This document shows positions 45,644 through 55,371 of a stretch of 64,000 nt of DNA, in pieces. The stretch lies in IMG/VR virus record IMGVR_UViG_3300042261_000720. One strand, 5' to 3'. Within the stretch, counting starts at the first letter, position 1. Each line of letters begins with the position of its first letter. Made by a program: the position numbers and the translations under genes. The notes beneath the pieces were generated by a model. The model saw only the letters and a program-made list of their open reading frames with translations, made no database searches and was not told where the DNA came from. The DNA comes from an uncultured virus (IMG/VR IMGVR_UViG_3300042261_000720) (lineage: Duplodnaviria > Heunggongvirae > Uroviricota > Caudoviricetes).

Positions 45644-46648
45644 ACGCTCGTGCATTACCTCCATGCCCAGTCCAGCACGGTTAAGAACATCAGCCCAGGT
45701 GTTGAGTACACGACCCTGACTATCCAGAATACTCTGATTGAAATTCAGACCGTTGAGATTAAAAGCCATCGTGGAAACACCAAGAGCAGTGAACCAGATG
45801 CCTACAACGGGCCAGGCAGCAAGGAAGAAGTGCAAACTACGGCTATTGTTGAACGAAGCATACTGAAAAATAAGGCGTCCAAAGTATCCGTGTGCGGCAA
45901 CGATGTTATAAGTCTCTTCTTCTTGTCCGAACTTGTAACCATAGTTCTGTGACTCGTTCTCAGTGGTTTCACGAACCAGCGAGGAAGTAACCAGAGAACC
46001 GTGCATAGCACTGAACAGAGAACCACCGAACACACCAGCAACTCCAAGCATATGGAAGGGGTGCATCAGGATGTTGTGCTCTGCCTGGAACACAAGCATA
46101 TAGTTAAAGGTGCCAGAGATACCCAGAGGCATCGCATCAGAGAAAGAACCTTGACCGAAAGGATAGACAAGGAACACTGCAGAAGCAGCGGCAACAGGAG
46201 CAGAATAAGCAACACAGATCCAAGGACGCATACCCAGACGATAAGAGAGTTCCCACTCACGACCCATATAGGCGTAAATACCAATCAGGAAGTGGAACAC
46301 AACCAGTTGGAAAGGACCACCGTTGTAGAGCCACTCATCTAGGGAAGCAGCTTCCCAGATGGGATAAAAGTGCAGTCCAATAGCATTGGACGAAGGAATC
46401 ACAGCACCAGAGATGATGTTGTTTCCGTACATAAGTGAACCAGCAACGGGTTCGCGGATACCATCAATGTCCACAGGAGGTGCGGCAATGAAGGCAACAA
46501 TGAAGCAGATAGTAGCAGCAAGCAGGCAAGGAATCATGAGGACTCCGAACCAACCGACATAAAGACGATTATCGGTTGAGGTTACCCACTGGCAGAACTG
46601 TTCCCAAGTATTCGATTGTGATTTTTGACGTGAAAGTGTAGCAGTCAT
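45644..46648 (-). CDS. psbA: Photosystem II D1 protein, exon 1 (335 codons; spliced product 360 aa)
   Basis: Canonical D1 up to [13 protein letters not shown] (Glu130-type). Confidence 0.97.
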
Positions 46649-46659
46649 TTGTATTAAAC

Positions 46660-46778
46660 AGGTAGTAAGACCATCAGGGAAATGGTGGAGTTACTATGCT
46701 CCCGCCACCCTCAGGCGGGATATGAGAGACGTAATTTATACACCCATAGGTCTCGGTTAACGGGTGTTAGCAATGTTA
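46660..46778 (-). ncRNA. Structured psbA 5' leader (PhotoRC-II-like motif)
   Basis: Stems ACACCC/GGGTGT, GAGAC/GTCTC (pseudoknot-like), TCCCGCC/GGCGGGA, ACCAT/ATGGT. Confidence 0.6.
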
Positions 46779-46816
46779 AGAAATATGAGTATTTCGTAAC
46801 ATTTGTTTACCTATTT

Positions 46817-46845
46817 ATCATACTACGATCTGGTTCTGGTGTCAA
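46817..46845 (-). promoter_or_regulatory. Sigma70-type promoter of psbA
   Basis: TTGACA-17 bp-TATGAT; late-like ATAAATA overlaps the -10. Confidence 0.75.
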
Positions 46846-47708
46846 GGGGTATAGGCAAGCAAATATACGTCCCCAGTATGAGTACACTGTGTCGCAACGC
46901 CAGGAGCAGACTGTAACTGGTTTCCGATTCTACGGGCACGACTGTCTGTATGAAAGTCATCGCCCCAGTAACTCCAAAAAGTTTGCTCTGGGTTTTGTCC
47001 CCTCCAAGTATCACCTTTTCCAGACTGTAAGTTTCCACTGAAAGCACACAATGCCTGAATGTCATTATCAGAGTCTCTGTTGATTCCCATTACACAAAAA
47101 CGACCTGGAAGTCCTTGGTCAACTCCTGCTCGTGAAAATGCTTTAAATGCTGTTCCACCACTTGATGATAATAAACCAGAATATCCGTTTGTACCAGCAG
47201 TGTGATTTAAAACACTTGGGTTTGGCCAGACTGTATCATTATTCTGAAACTGTGCCGCATCTCTTTGGTAAATATCCAGTCTTTTTAAAATCGCATCAAT
47301 AGATTCACTTCCTGTACTTTCTACCAAATCATAAATGAGATAGTTTGTATGAGAAGTTGGGTCTAGACTACTTCCACTTCCATCAACGAAAGCAACTTTG
47401 GTAATACCAGTTTGAGTAAAGAAAGCATTATACAAACCTTGACCTTGACCCAGAGCAGTTCTCCCATTTGCACCTGTTGAGGCAGCAGTCATCGTCATAA
47501 ACGTTGAGGTGCCAGGAGAACCCATACTGGTTCTTAATGTGTTTAGACCTGCTCCAATCCAGGTTGAGGATGCTACTTTTTTTCCAGTGTACATCATCAA
47601 GATGTTCCAACCAGTTTCTGAAAAAACTGGTGGAGTTACAGCAACTCTTCGTTTTGATTGTTGTGAACGTCCTTGGCGACCAGTGCTAACTCTGGAAATA
47701 AAAGACAT
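46842..47708 (-). CDS. Hypothetical protein, probably virion-associated
   Basis: Coupled to the upstream fibre gene; Gly/Ser/Thr rich. Confidence 0.5.
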   Translation of the reverse strand: MSFISRVSTGRQGRSQQSKRRVAVTPPVFSETGWNILMMYTGKKVASSTWIGAGLNTLRTSMGSPGTSTFMTMTAASTGANGRTALGQGQGLYNAFFTQTGITKVAFVDGSGSSLDPTSHTNYLIYDLVESTGSESIDAILKRLDIYQRDAAQFQNNDTVWPNPSVLNHTAGTNGYSGLLSSSGGTAFKAFSRAGVDQGLPGRFCVMGINRDSDNDIQALCAFSGNLQSGKGDTWRGQNPEQTFWSYWGDDFHTDSRARRIGNQLQSAPGVATQCTHTGDVYLLAYTP

Positions 47709-49945
47709 TAATTAAATCCCCCATTCACACTCCCTAGAACAACGTAGTTTGTTGTGGTGCTTGCCGAACCTACCGTATTAATTCCAGTGAATGTGAAGAT
47801 ATCATATCCATTGATTGTTGAGATTCCTGAAACCGCGTTAGCAAGCGAACCACCTGCCCAACGAATGGTTCTAGAAACTCCATTTAGGTTTACGGCAGTA
47901 CAACTTCTGGCAGTTCCTGTTTGAGTTACAATTACAGAGAATGAAATACTATGATTATCAAAAGAACTATCCGTTGGAATATCCGTTACATTAAGAGTAA
48001 TATCTGCTGATGGGTTAGTACAAATGGCAACGTTTCCACCACCTGAACTAAATGCGATTCCAACAGTGTTTCCATTGATCAGTGTAGTCTTTTCTGCGAC
48101 AGATCTTGTTCTTAACTGTGTAGGAATGGAGATTGATGATGTTGTAACACCAGAAGTGATTACGTTTCTTGCAAACTGAAGATCTAAATCAGAAACAGTA
48201 ATCGTTGGATTTATATTAGTATTACTTCTAATATAATTTGTAACTATTTTTCCTTGGAAAGAAACATCACCAGTGCCATCAAAAACATAAAATGCATTTG
48301 TTCCATTTGCAGACTGATAATATCCACTACTTGGGCGGAAAGAAGATCCAGTTACAATACCAGAAGCATTAACATTTCGGACAGTAGATAAATCAAACTC
48401 TGTAAACTTAACATTTCCAGCAGCAAGTCTAATTCCTGTTGGAACTCTTGTGGATCCAATACCAACGGCATAGTTAAATAACCAGGCATCTGTAAGTCCA
48501 GCACCAATAGTATCACCCTTAAACCACATAATCTTCTTATATGTGGTTGGATTGGTTTCACCTGGAACAATATTCAGATCTACAAGTGGAGATCCTTCGG
48601 TAGATGCAATCGCAATACCACCGTGATTTGCAGTATTATCAGTTGGACTAAAAGTAGTTCCAATACCCAATACAATATCAGCATCAACAATTTGAAGTTG
48701 TTCGGTATTTAATTGAGTTGTTGTTCCACCGAAAGAAATATTATTACTTACATACAAGTCACCAAGAACGGTCAGAGCATTTGTTGTGGCAATTCTGTCC
48801 TTATTAATTGTTCCAGTAAGAATATTAGCAGCATCAGAAAGATTTGTTGCAGTCGTTGCTGTTCCTGCCGACGTTGCTATTCCTGCTGTTTGTGCGTATG
48901 TTGCGATACCAGAAGTTGATGCATAAGTGCTTACTCCCGATGTCGAGGCATAAGTTGCAATACCAGCAACTGAAACATAATCTCCACTTCCCCCTCCACT
49001 AGAAATTGCTTCAAAAATAAACTTACCAATAGTATGGTCATATTTTAAAAACTTATTATCATAAGCACTTGGATCTGTGGATATACCAACAATATCATCA
49101 AGATACTTAAGTTTAGTTTCACCACCTCCACCAAATGTTGATAGTTGTTGCTGAATACGATTAATGAATAACCGATAATGTTCCTGAAGTTGGTCTAAAG
49201 TAACAAAATTTTGATCTAATGGTGTTAATGGATCTTCATTTTTTGTTTCGGAAGGTTCATTTAAAAGACCTTCCCGAATGATTTCTTTTGCAACAACTTC
49301 TGGTTCAATACTAGAATAAGTCTCTTTAATAAAATCAATCTTCTTTTCGAGTCTCTCCAGATTTTCTTGAATATTTCCAACTGGTATTTTTTCAATCTCT
49401 GCAAATACTTCTTCCTTTAATTCTACAAGATCTGAATGATGCTTCTGAATATAGTTTTCAATATTAGAAACTTTATCAATAACCTGAACTACATCATTAA
49501 ATTCTCTTAGAACATCATAAAATTTTTCTACTCTTTCTTCTACTTCAGATTTAAACTCATCAATCTGTTTACTTAAACGAATTTCACTTGCACTGATTTG
49601 TCTTTTATGTTTTGGTATTTCATTCTCAACTAGATTACTAACAATACTAGTAATCTCAGATACTACTTCCTTAAATTTAGTAATATCTTTTTTATTTGAT
49701 TGTTTAAAAGTTTCTTGCAGGTACTCAAAATTTTCCTGCATCGAATTGATCTGAGAAAGCACCAAACTTTCCAGATCATTTTTAACAACCTTTTCAGATA
49801 ACTCCTGTTGTAACTGAACTACTTGCTCTGAAAGACTCTGTACTTTACTTAATTCTTCGCGCAAAGAATTATCAGTTTCTACAACTGGAAGATTATTTTC
49901 CTCTACCTTTTTACCAAAAAACTCTGACGGTTTTTTAAATGCCAC
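47708..49945 (-). CDS. Fibre-like protein with N-terminal coiled coil
   Basis: Coiled coil, GGGE..L..LDD, 9-aa AGIATYAST repeats, fibre-type C-terminus. Confidence 0.6.
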   Translation of the reverse strand: MAFKKPSEFFGKKVEENNLPVVETDNSLREELSKVQSLSEQVVQLQQELSEKVVKNDLESLVLSQINSMQENFEYLQETFKQSNKKDITKFKEVVSEITSIVSNLVENEIPKHKRQISASEIRLSKQIDEFKSEVEERVEKFYDVLREFNDVVQVIDKVSNIENYIQKHHSDLVELKEEVFAEIEKIPVGNIQENLERLEKKIDFIKETYSSIEPEVVAKEIIREGLLNEPSETKNEDPLTPLDQNFVTLDQLQEHYRLFINRIQQQLSTFGGGGETKLKYLDDIVGISTDPSAYDNKFLKYDHTIGKFIFEAISSGGGSGDYVSVAGIATYASTSGVSTYASTSGIATYAQTAGIATSAGTATTATNLSDAANILTGTINKDRIATTNALTVLGDLYVSNNISFGGTTTQLNTEQLQIVDADIVLGIGTTFSPTDNTANHGGIAIASTEGSPLVDLNIVPGETNPTTYKKIMWFKGDTIGAGLTDAWLFNYAVGIGSTRVPTGIRLAAGNVKFTEFDLSTVRNVNASGIVTGSSFRPSSGYYQSANGTNAFYVFDGTGDVSFQGKIVTNYIRSNTNINPTITVSDLDLQFARNVITSGVTTSSISIPTQLRTRSVAEKTTLINGNTVGIAFSSGGGNVAICTNPSADITLNVTDIPTDSSFDNHSISFSVIVTQTGTARSCTAVNLNGVSRTIRWAGGSLANAVSGISTINGYDIFTFTGINTVGSASTTTNYVVLGSVNGGFN
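48850..48972 (-). repeat. Coding tandem repeat, 27-bp period (GIATYASTS-type)
   Basis: AGIATYAST SGVSTYAST SGIATYAQT AGIATSAGT. Confidence 0.7.
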
Positions 49946-50035
49946 TATTGAACTTTTTACATATAGATTATTTATTATACCCTATAAAACACATACAAGT
50001 CAATCAATAAATATTTTTATGATGATTGCTTCTAG

Positions 50036-50551
50036 ATGGATTTAAATATTATAGTCATTGATAATTTTTTGGATCATCCTGACAAAGTAAGAGACTCTGT
50101 TTTAAAAATTGATTTTCCAACAACTGGAAGTTTTCCAGGTAAAAGAAGTTTTAGAGCGGATTCAGATTACCAGAGAATGGTAAAAAATAAATTAGAATCC
50201 ATCTTTAACAAAGAATTATTTTTCCCAGTAAAGTTTGATTCTTTCTGCTTTCAGATATGTTTAGAAGATGCTGAGAGTTGGGTACACACCGATGAAGCAG
50301 AATGGGCGGGAGTTCTTTACTTAACACCTGATGCACCTACTGGATCTGGTACGGGAATCTATACAAAAGATGGGAAAGAAGCATATCTAAATACAATGCT
50401 TGGCAATGTTTATAACCGTTTAGTTTTATACAAAGGTAATAAACTACCGCATAGAAGCATGATTAGTGGATTCGGTGATAGTTTAGAAAACGGTAGGTTG
50501 ACACAAGTTTTCTTTTTTAATACCTTTGATAACGGTGAAGAGCATTTATAA
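50036..50551 (+). CDS. DUF6445-like 2OG-Fe(II) oxygenase
   Basis: VIDNFLDHPD, FPGKR, WVHTD, YLTPDAP..SGT, YNRLVLY, RLTQVFF. Confidence 0.7.
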   Translation: MDLNIIVIDNFLDHPDKVRDSVLKIDFPTTGSFPGKRSFRADSDYQRMVKNKLESIFNKELFFPVKFDSFCFQICLEDAESWVHTDEAEWAGVLYLTPDAPTGSGTGIYTKDGKEAYLNTMLGNVYNRLVLYKGNKLPHRSMISGFGDSLENGRLTQVFFFNTFDNGEEHL

Positions 50552-50585
50552 AGCAACTAAATAAAAATAAAAGTAAGTTGGAACA

Positions 50586-50777
50586 ATGCTAAACGAGGGT
50601 ACACAAAAAAGACTTATTAAAATTTGCACAAAACTTTCCAAAGGTGAGTCTGTTCCCGAGTATGATTTACTTTGGGCACAAAAAAACGCCATTTACTCAG
50701 AAGAAGCAGAAACACTTCTTAGAAAAGTAAATCTTTTTATTGAAGCAACAGATCAAGAAGACACTACAGAAGTTTAA
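50586..50777 (+). CDS. Small hypothetical protein
   Basis: 63-aa ORF after a CTAAATA motif. Confidence 0.5.
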   Translation: MLNEGTQKRLIKICTKLSKGESVPEYDLLWAQKNAIYSEEAETLLRKVNLFIEATDQEDTTEV

Positions 50778-50929
50778 CGAGCATACTCTTCTATCTTATC
50801 TAAAAGTCTATTAAGATACTTATGCGCCAATCCCTTTGGATCTGAAGTCCAACCTTCAGAATCCAATTCGGATTTTATTTTCAAAATCTCATATTTAATA
50901 ATATCCTTAGTCAAGTGTCCGCGTGGCAT
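50774..50929 (-). CDS. Small hypothetical protein
   Basis: MPRGHLTKD...AHKYLNRLLDKIEEY. Confidence 0.55.
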   Translation of the reverse strand: MPRGHLTKDIIKYEILKIKSELDSEGWTSDPKGLAHKYLNRLLDKIEEYAR

Positions 50930-50989
50930 AATACAAAAAAAACTCTGCTGCTTATTTAGCAACAGAGTTTTATATTATGTCATATTGTT

Positions 50990-51517
50990 TCAGACAGTAG
51001 CACCTACCTTTACATTTGCCGACACATACTCTAGAACAACTTCAGGAGTAGTCGTTTCGTAAGGGTCGGAGTCGGCATTGTCCCGTTGCCCCGCTTCCAC
51101 GAATAGTTTCTCGATGATTCCATTATCCACGACCGCAGCATAACGCCAAGAGCGATCACCGAAACCAAGGTTAGACTTGCTGACAAGCATTCCCATAGAA
51201 CGTGTGAAATAAGCATTGCCGTCTGGAATAAGTTTGACTTTCTCAATGTTCTGGTCCTGAGCCCAGGCATTCATAACAAAGCCATCATTAACAGAGATAC
51301 AATAAATGTCGTCAATGCCAAGTCCAATAAAATCTTCGTACTTCTCTTCAAATCCAGGCAGTTGATAAGCAGAGCAAGTAGGAGTGAATGCACCAGGCAG
51401 ACTGAAAATAACCACACGCTTACCATCAAAAAGTTCCGCAGATGTACGAGTTACAAATTCACCAGACTCACGAAAGGTAAATTGAACTTGAGGAACCTGA
51501 TAACCTTCGCTACGCAT
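50990..51517 (-). CDS. Type II (Prx5-like) peroxiredoxin
   Basis: SLPGAFTPTCS, SVNDGFVMNAW, PDGN, RSWRY; GGAGG RBS. Confidence 0.9.
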   Translation of the reverse strand: MRSEGYQVPQVQFTFRESGEFVTRTSAELFDGKRVVIFSLPGAFTPTCSAYQLPGFEEKYEDFIGLGIDDIYCISVNDGFVMNAWAQDQNIEKVKLIPDGNAYFTRSMGMLVSKSNLGFGDRSWRYAAVVDNGIIEKLFVEAGQRDNADSDPYETTTPEVVLEYVSANVKVGATV

Positions 51518-51528
51518 ATTAACCTCCA

Positions 51529-51651
51529 TCACCAAATACCAGGAATAATTTGACCAGTGGTAAGGTAAGTACCAACAGCAATAACAAAACCAAGCATTGC
51601 CAGACGAGCATTGAGGATCTCTGCCTCAGGGGTCCATCCAAATTTGTTCAT
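51529..51651 (-). CDS. hli: High-light-inducible protein (40 aa, not in ORF track)
   Basis: MNKFGWTPEAEILNARLAMLGFVIAVGTYLTTGQIIPGIW. Confidence 0.9.
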   Translation of the reverse strand: MNKFGWTPEAEILNARLAMLGFVIAVGTYLTTGQIIPGIW

Positions 51652-51666
51652 TTTAGTTCTCCTAAA

Positions 51667-51957
51667 TTAAAGGTTTTCTTCTTGTTCTGTAAGAATTACA
51701 CAATCAGACTTGGGATAAGCAACACAAAGAAGTGCAAATCCTTCTGCCATTTGGTCATCATCAAGGAAAGATTGTTCTTCATTATCAATCTCACCCGAGA
51801 TTACTTTACCAGCACAAGAGGAACAGGCACCTGCCTTACAAGAATATGGAAGGTCAATACCTGCCTCTTCTGCTGCTTCGAGAATATATTGATCTTCTGG
51901 ACATTGAATGACATTTTCAGTTCCATCGGCGGAACGAAGAGTAACACTATAAGTCAT
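51667..51957 (-). CDS. petF: Plant-type [2Fe-2S] ferredoxin
   Basis: [16 protein letters not shown]...LLCVAYP. Confidence 0.95.
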   Translation of the reverse strand: MTYSVTLRSADGTENVIQCPEDQYILEAAEEAGIDLPYSCKAGACSSCAGKVISGEIDNEEQSFLDDDQMAEGFALLCVAYPKSDCVILTEQEENL

Positions 51958-52043
51958 TAGTAAGTTTTAGAAAGTTGATTTACAGATGCTGCCAATAGAA
52001 CGAAAAAGGCAACAGATGTAATTGTAAACGTAATTTCTGCCAT
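51957..52043 (-). CDS. 28-aa single-TM peptide (not in ORF track)
   Basis: [33 protein letters not shown] coupling to petF. Confidence 0.5.
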   Translation of the reverse strand: MAEITFTITSVAFFVLLAASVNQLSKTY

Positions 52044-52056
52044 TGTCAATCAATTA

Positions 52057-52260
52057 TCAGAAGATTCCGAAGAAAAGTTTGCCAGTGATAACATAAGAAA
52101 GAGCCCCAGCAATAATGCCGACCATTGCCCAGCGTCCATTGTACATCTCCGTAGTTTGCATAGGAGTCAGAAGACCCTTGCGATTATATTCTTGGTAAAC
52201 CATAGTGGGTTCTTTTGCCCACATATTTTGTTGACCACGATCATTAGTTGTTACAGTCAT
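52057..52260 (-). CDS. hli: High-light-inducible protein (67 aa)
   Basis: QQNMWAKEP...EMYNGRWAMVG...TGKLFFGIF. Confidence 0.9.
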   Translation of the reverse strand: MTVTTNDRGQQNMWAKEPTMVYQEYNRKGLLTPMQTTEMYNGRWAMVGIIAGALSYVITGKLFFGIF

Positions 52261-52269
52261 TGTAAATTC

Positions 52270-52325
52270 GTTAAGAATTGTTACACAATTATATAGCAAA
52301 AATAAAGAGGGGTCAAGCCCCTCTT
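52270..52325 (-). promoter_or_regulatory. hli operon promoter with HLR1-like repeat, fused to the upstream terminator
   Basis: TTGACC-17-TATAAT (52288-52316); GTTAAGAA-TT-GTTACACA (52270-52287); hairpin AAGAGGGG-CTTGA-CCCCTCTT. Confidence 0.65.
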
Positions 52326-52358
52326 GTTACGGTTTCCCCATATACTAAGTATAAATTA

Positions 52359-53177
52359 CTACTGTTGCTCTGGTGGTGGTTGATTCTCTTGGTACTGAAG
52401 AGATGGTGGTAAAGTTCCAAAATAAGGATCATAATTAAAAATCTCATTCCAATCTGGAATTTGCAAAGCACTATTCTTCCAAAAACTCCAAAGTCCTTCA
52501 TAAGAACTTTTATGAAAGGTCTCAATATGTTCATGATGAATTGATGACCCCAATTCTAACTTATAAAGAAATAGAGGAATTGCAAAAGTGTTTCCAGAAT
52601 TATAAATCAAATCATCCGCTACAGCACGAGGTTTAGATCCATTATCTAACTTATACTTATCATCTCTAAGGTGAAGTCTTAAAAGTTTTTCTGCATGATG
52701 ACGAGTAATCATATAACAAGCAGTGGAAAAATCATTCACAAAACGTTTGTGAATTCTTAAATGAACTTGTGCGGGATTAATTATTGCTAACTGAATAACA
52801 TCATAATGATATGGCACTTGAGAAGAGAAATCTTTCCAAGTAAAAGGCCAATATCTTACGGTTTCTAAATCACAATCATCCTCCATAATTAAAACACATG
52901 GATGATCGGTTTCTTCAACGAAATAACGTAGTGCTTTAAGATGGGAAGTTACACATCCAACTTCTCCAGAAGACATCATATCTGGATATCTACCCTTAAT
53001 AATATCACTCAGATCATCCTCACGACCATCATAACCAGAAATGCGAGTATAATCTTCAATTTCCCAATAGTTTAATTGATCAACCATAAACTTATCACGT
53101 TCTGGTTGACCATCAAGATTGAGATAAATGATGGGTGGTAATCCTTTTAGTTTATATGCTGATTTGTTTTTGTCCAT
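52359..53177 (-). CDS. Glycosyltransferase, GT25-like
   Basis: YLNLD...R, GEVGCVTSH, LIMEDD, STACYMI. Confidence 0.75.
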   Translation of the reverse strand: MDKNKSAYKLKGLPPIIYLNLDGQPERDKFMVDQLNYWEIEDYTRISGYDGREDDLSDIIKGRYPDMMSSGEVGCVTSHLKALRYFVEETDHPCVLIMEDDCDLETVRYWPFTWKDFSSQVPYHYDVIQLAIINPAQVHLRIHKRFVNDFSTACYMITRHHAEKLLRLHLRDDKYKLDNGSKPRAVADDLIYNSGNTFAIPLFLYKLELGSSIHHEHIETFHKSSYEGLWSFWKNSALQIPDWNEIFNYDPYFGTLPPSLQYQENQPPPEQQ

Positions 53178-53791
53178 TATGCTTTTCTAGTGTAAAGTGC
53201 GTCTCCCCAAATTTGCCCTTCCCAAGAAGTCTCTACCCTTTCCATATTATATTGGGAAAGAAATTCATCGAGTTCCTCAACGTAAGCGTTACCTTCATAA
53301 ACTTCATCACGATTGACTTCGCAATAAACGTAGTCAACATTTTCTAAAGTTTTTTTGGCACCTTTAAGGACCTCCAGTTCATATCCCTGAACATCCATAT
53401 TAATGAAATTATACTGGGTATAATCAAAATCGTCAAGAACCTTAACCTCTACTTCCTCAGTTTCAGGAAACTTTACGTGAGGATGATGAGTAATATGAAC
53501 TTTGGGTTTTAACAAAGAACTACTTTGCTTTTCATTATCACTCACATACATAGTTGCTACAGTTTCTTCTGGTCCCAAAGCAACTTGATGAGCAATAATA
53601 TTGGCGTTTAAATCTTTAATGTTTTCACAAAGAATATCAAAAGAATCGCTCAATGGTTCGAAGATAACAATTTCTTGGATACCATTTCGAACGTATTCAT
53701 CAATCTCTTCTCCATAATGCCCCCCAATATGGATGATACCTTTTACATCCATATTGTATTTCTTTCTAAGTCCAGTAAAACTCAATAACAT
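53177..53791 (-). CDS. FkbM-family methyltransferase
   Basis: HIGGHYGEE, FEP, MDVQGYELEVLKG, WGDALY. Confidence 0.85.
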   Translation of the reverse strand: MLLSFTGLRKKYNMDVKGIIHIGGHYGEEIDEYVRNGIQEIVIFEPLSDSFDILCENIKDLNANIIAHQVALGPEETVATMYVSDNEKQSSSLLKPKVHITHHPHVKFPETEEVEVKVLDDFDYTQYNFINMDVQGYELEVLKGAKKTLENVDYVYCEVNRDEVYEGNAYVEELDEFLSQYNMERVETSWEGQIWGDALYTRKA

Positions 53792-53792
53792 T

Positions 53793-54539
53793 TTAAACCT
53801 CTATAAAATCTCCAAGAATAGTATGTAGAACTGAAGTCTTATGACTATCTACAACTTTTAATCCGTTGTGCCAGTTGCAGGCATTTCTGAAATGAAGAAA
53901 CTTTCCATCAAGATGGAGTTCCATTTCATATCCACCATTAGAAACTGATGGGTCCTTAAGATTTATATCCCGATAATTGTCAGGATATTCAACATCAGTT
54001 GGAGTAAACCTGATGTTAGAACTACGAATAAGTTTGTAAGTTCCTCCACAAGAATCTAGAAGTTGCCCCTCAACATGCTGTGGATAGAAATCAAAGTCTT
54101 CTTTCTCAAGAGCACTCTTTCTAAAGAAGATCAACCCTTGCCAAACATACTCAACAGTGCCGCGAGTTTGTACACATCCAGCAAGATCACAATTTTGCAT
54201 AAACTCATTCACACTAAATGATTCGATAAGAAAATTATCATGGTCTAAAATTACCACAAAACAATCTTCAGAATCCTGCAGAATGACATTATCATAAGTC
54301 CACTGAATTGCATCAGAGTTATAAAAACTCGGAGTATTCCCTGGTTGAGAAAGGTGATGATGCAAAGAAATATTATTTCGATCACAAATTTCTCTAAATT
54401 GATCTAGAAACTCATTATCACGAGTATCATATACTACGTGAAACTCAAAGTCATCTTTAAGATAATTTTTAAAACAATCAATTTGATACTGAAGAATATC
54501 AGGTCGATTAAAAACAAAAGTAAAAACTTTAACTTTCAT
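53793..54539 (-). CDS. GT-A-like glycosyltransferase
   Basis: NRPDILQYQ, LDHD (DxD), HFRNACNW. Confidence 0.55.
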   Translation of the reverse strand: MKVKVFTFVFNRPDILQYQIDCFKNYLKDDFEFHVVYDTRDNEFLDQFREICDRNNISLHHHLSQPGNTPSFYNSDAIQWTYDNVILQDSEDCFVVILDHDNFLIESFSVNEFMQNCDLAGCVQTRGTVEYVWQGLIFFRKSALEKEDFDFYPQHVEGQLLDSCGGTYKLIRSSNIRFTPTDVEYPDNYRDINLKDPSVSNGGYEMELHLDGKFLHFRNACNWHNGLKVVDSHKTSVLHTILGDFIEV

Positions 54540-55371
54540 AGTGATCTAGCAAAATTTGCACTGTTTTTTGTGGAGACAACTCTCGGGCGACATAATCTTG
54601 GGGAGAATAATTAGAAAGATTTGAATAAAAATAATCAAACCCAGATTCTAATTCATTGATGGAATTAATTTTATGACCACATTCATCTGACCAATAAGGA
54701 ACTGAAGTGGCAGGAACAGAATATTCAGACCCCATATGATCCCATACAATCTGATCCCATACAAAAATTGGTTTATTAACTGCCATCATTTCTTGAGTGG
54801 CAATTCCCTGACTCTCAGTATTATCAATTATAACACAGAATTTGACTTCCCCAATAGATTCTAAAAACTCTTCTTGAGAATAATTACCATATTCCAAACC
54901 TGTATAAGTGAGTCCTCTTTTTTCTAGAAGACTTAAAACAGATTGCAGATGCTCAACTGGTCTATTTTTATAATAGACCAAACAATCAACAGTTGGATTA
55001 TTGTTTATCTGCGGTGGATAAATTGCAACTGGCCAATTAAGAGTTCCTCTTACATTAAAGAACTTAGTATATAAATCAGCAACCCATTGAGATGGAGTAA
55101 TAATTTTTCCATACTCAGTAAGTTGAGAAAACTCGGGTGCAAAAGGCCACACCTGAGGTCCTACTAATAAAGTTTCTTTGTTCTTTATTTGTACATAGTT
55201 ATTAACTTGGTATGGATCCCAATGCAAGAACAAATTATTTTCATATTTTTCTTCATTCTCAGCATATGGAATTCCCACATCATTTAGAGAATGAAATAAG
55301 TTTTGTATGACCTTTTTTGGTCCAGACATTCTACCTTGTAGATGACTGTCTCTATAAAAAACATTAATCAT
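54529..55371 (-). CDS. GT-B-like glycosyltransferase
   Basis: GPKKV, PSQWV, ESQGIATQEMM. Confidence 0.6.
   Translation of the reverse strand: MINVFYRDSHLQGRMSGPKKVIQNLFHSLNDVGIPYAENEEKYENNLFLHWDPYQVNNYVQIKNKETLLVGPQVWPFAPEFSQLTEYGKIITPSQWVADLYTKFFNVRGTLNWPVAIYPPQINNNPTVDCLVYYKNRPVEHLQSVLSLLEKRGLTYTGLEYGNYSQEEFLESIGEVKFCVIIDNTESQGIATQEMMAVNKPIFVWDQIVWDHMGSEYSVPATSVPYWSDECGHKINSINELESGFDYFYSNLSNYSPQDYVARELSPQKTVQILLDHYES

Noticed and set aside
45557..46648. 363-aa D1 with a novel C-terminus ([10 protein letters not shown]...)
   Set aside because: Read-through into the group I intron; the true C-terminus is exon 2 at 45359-45436
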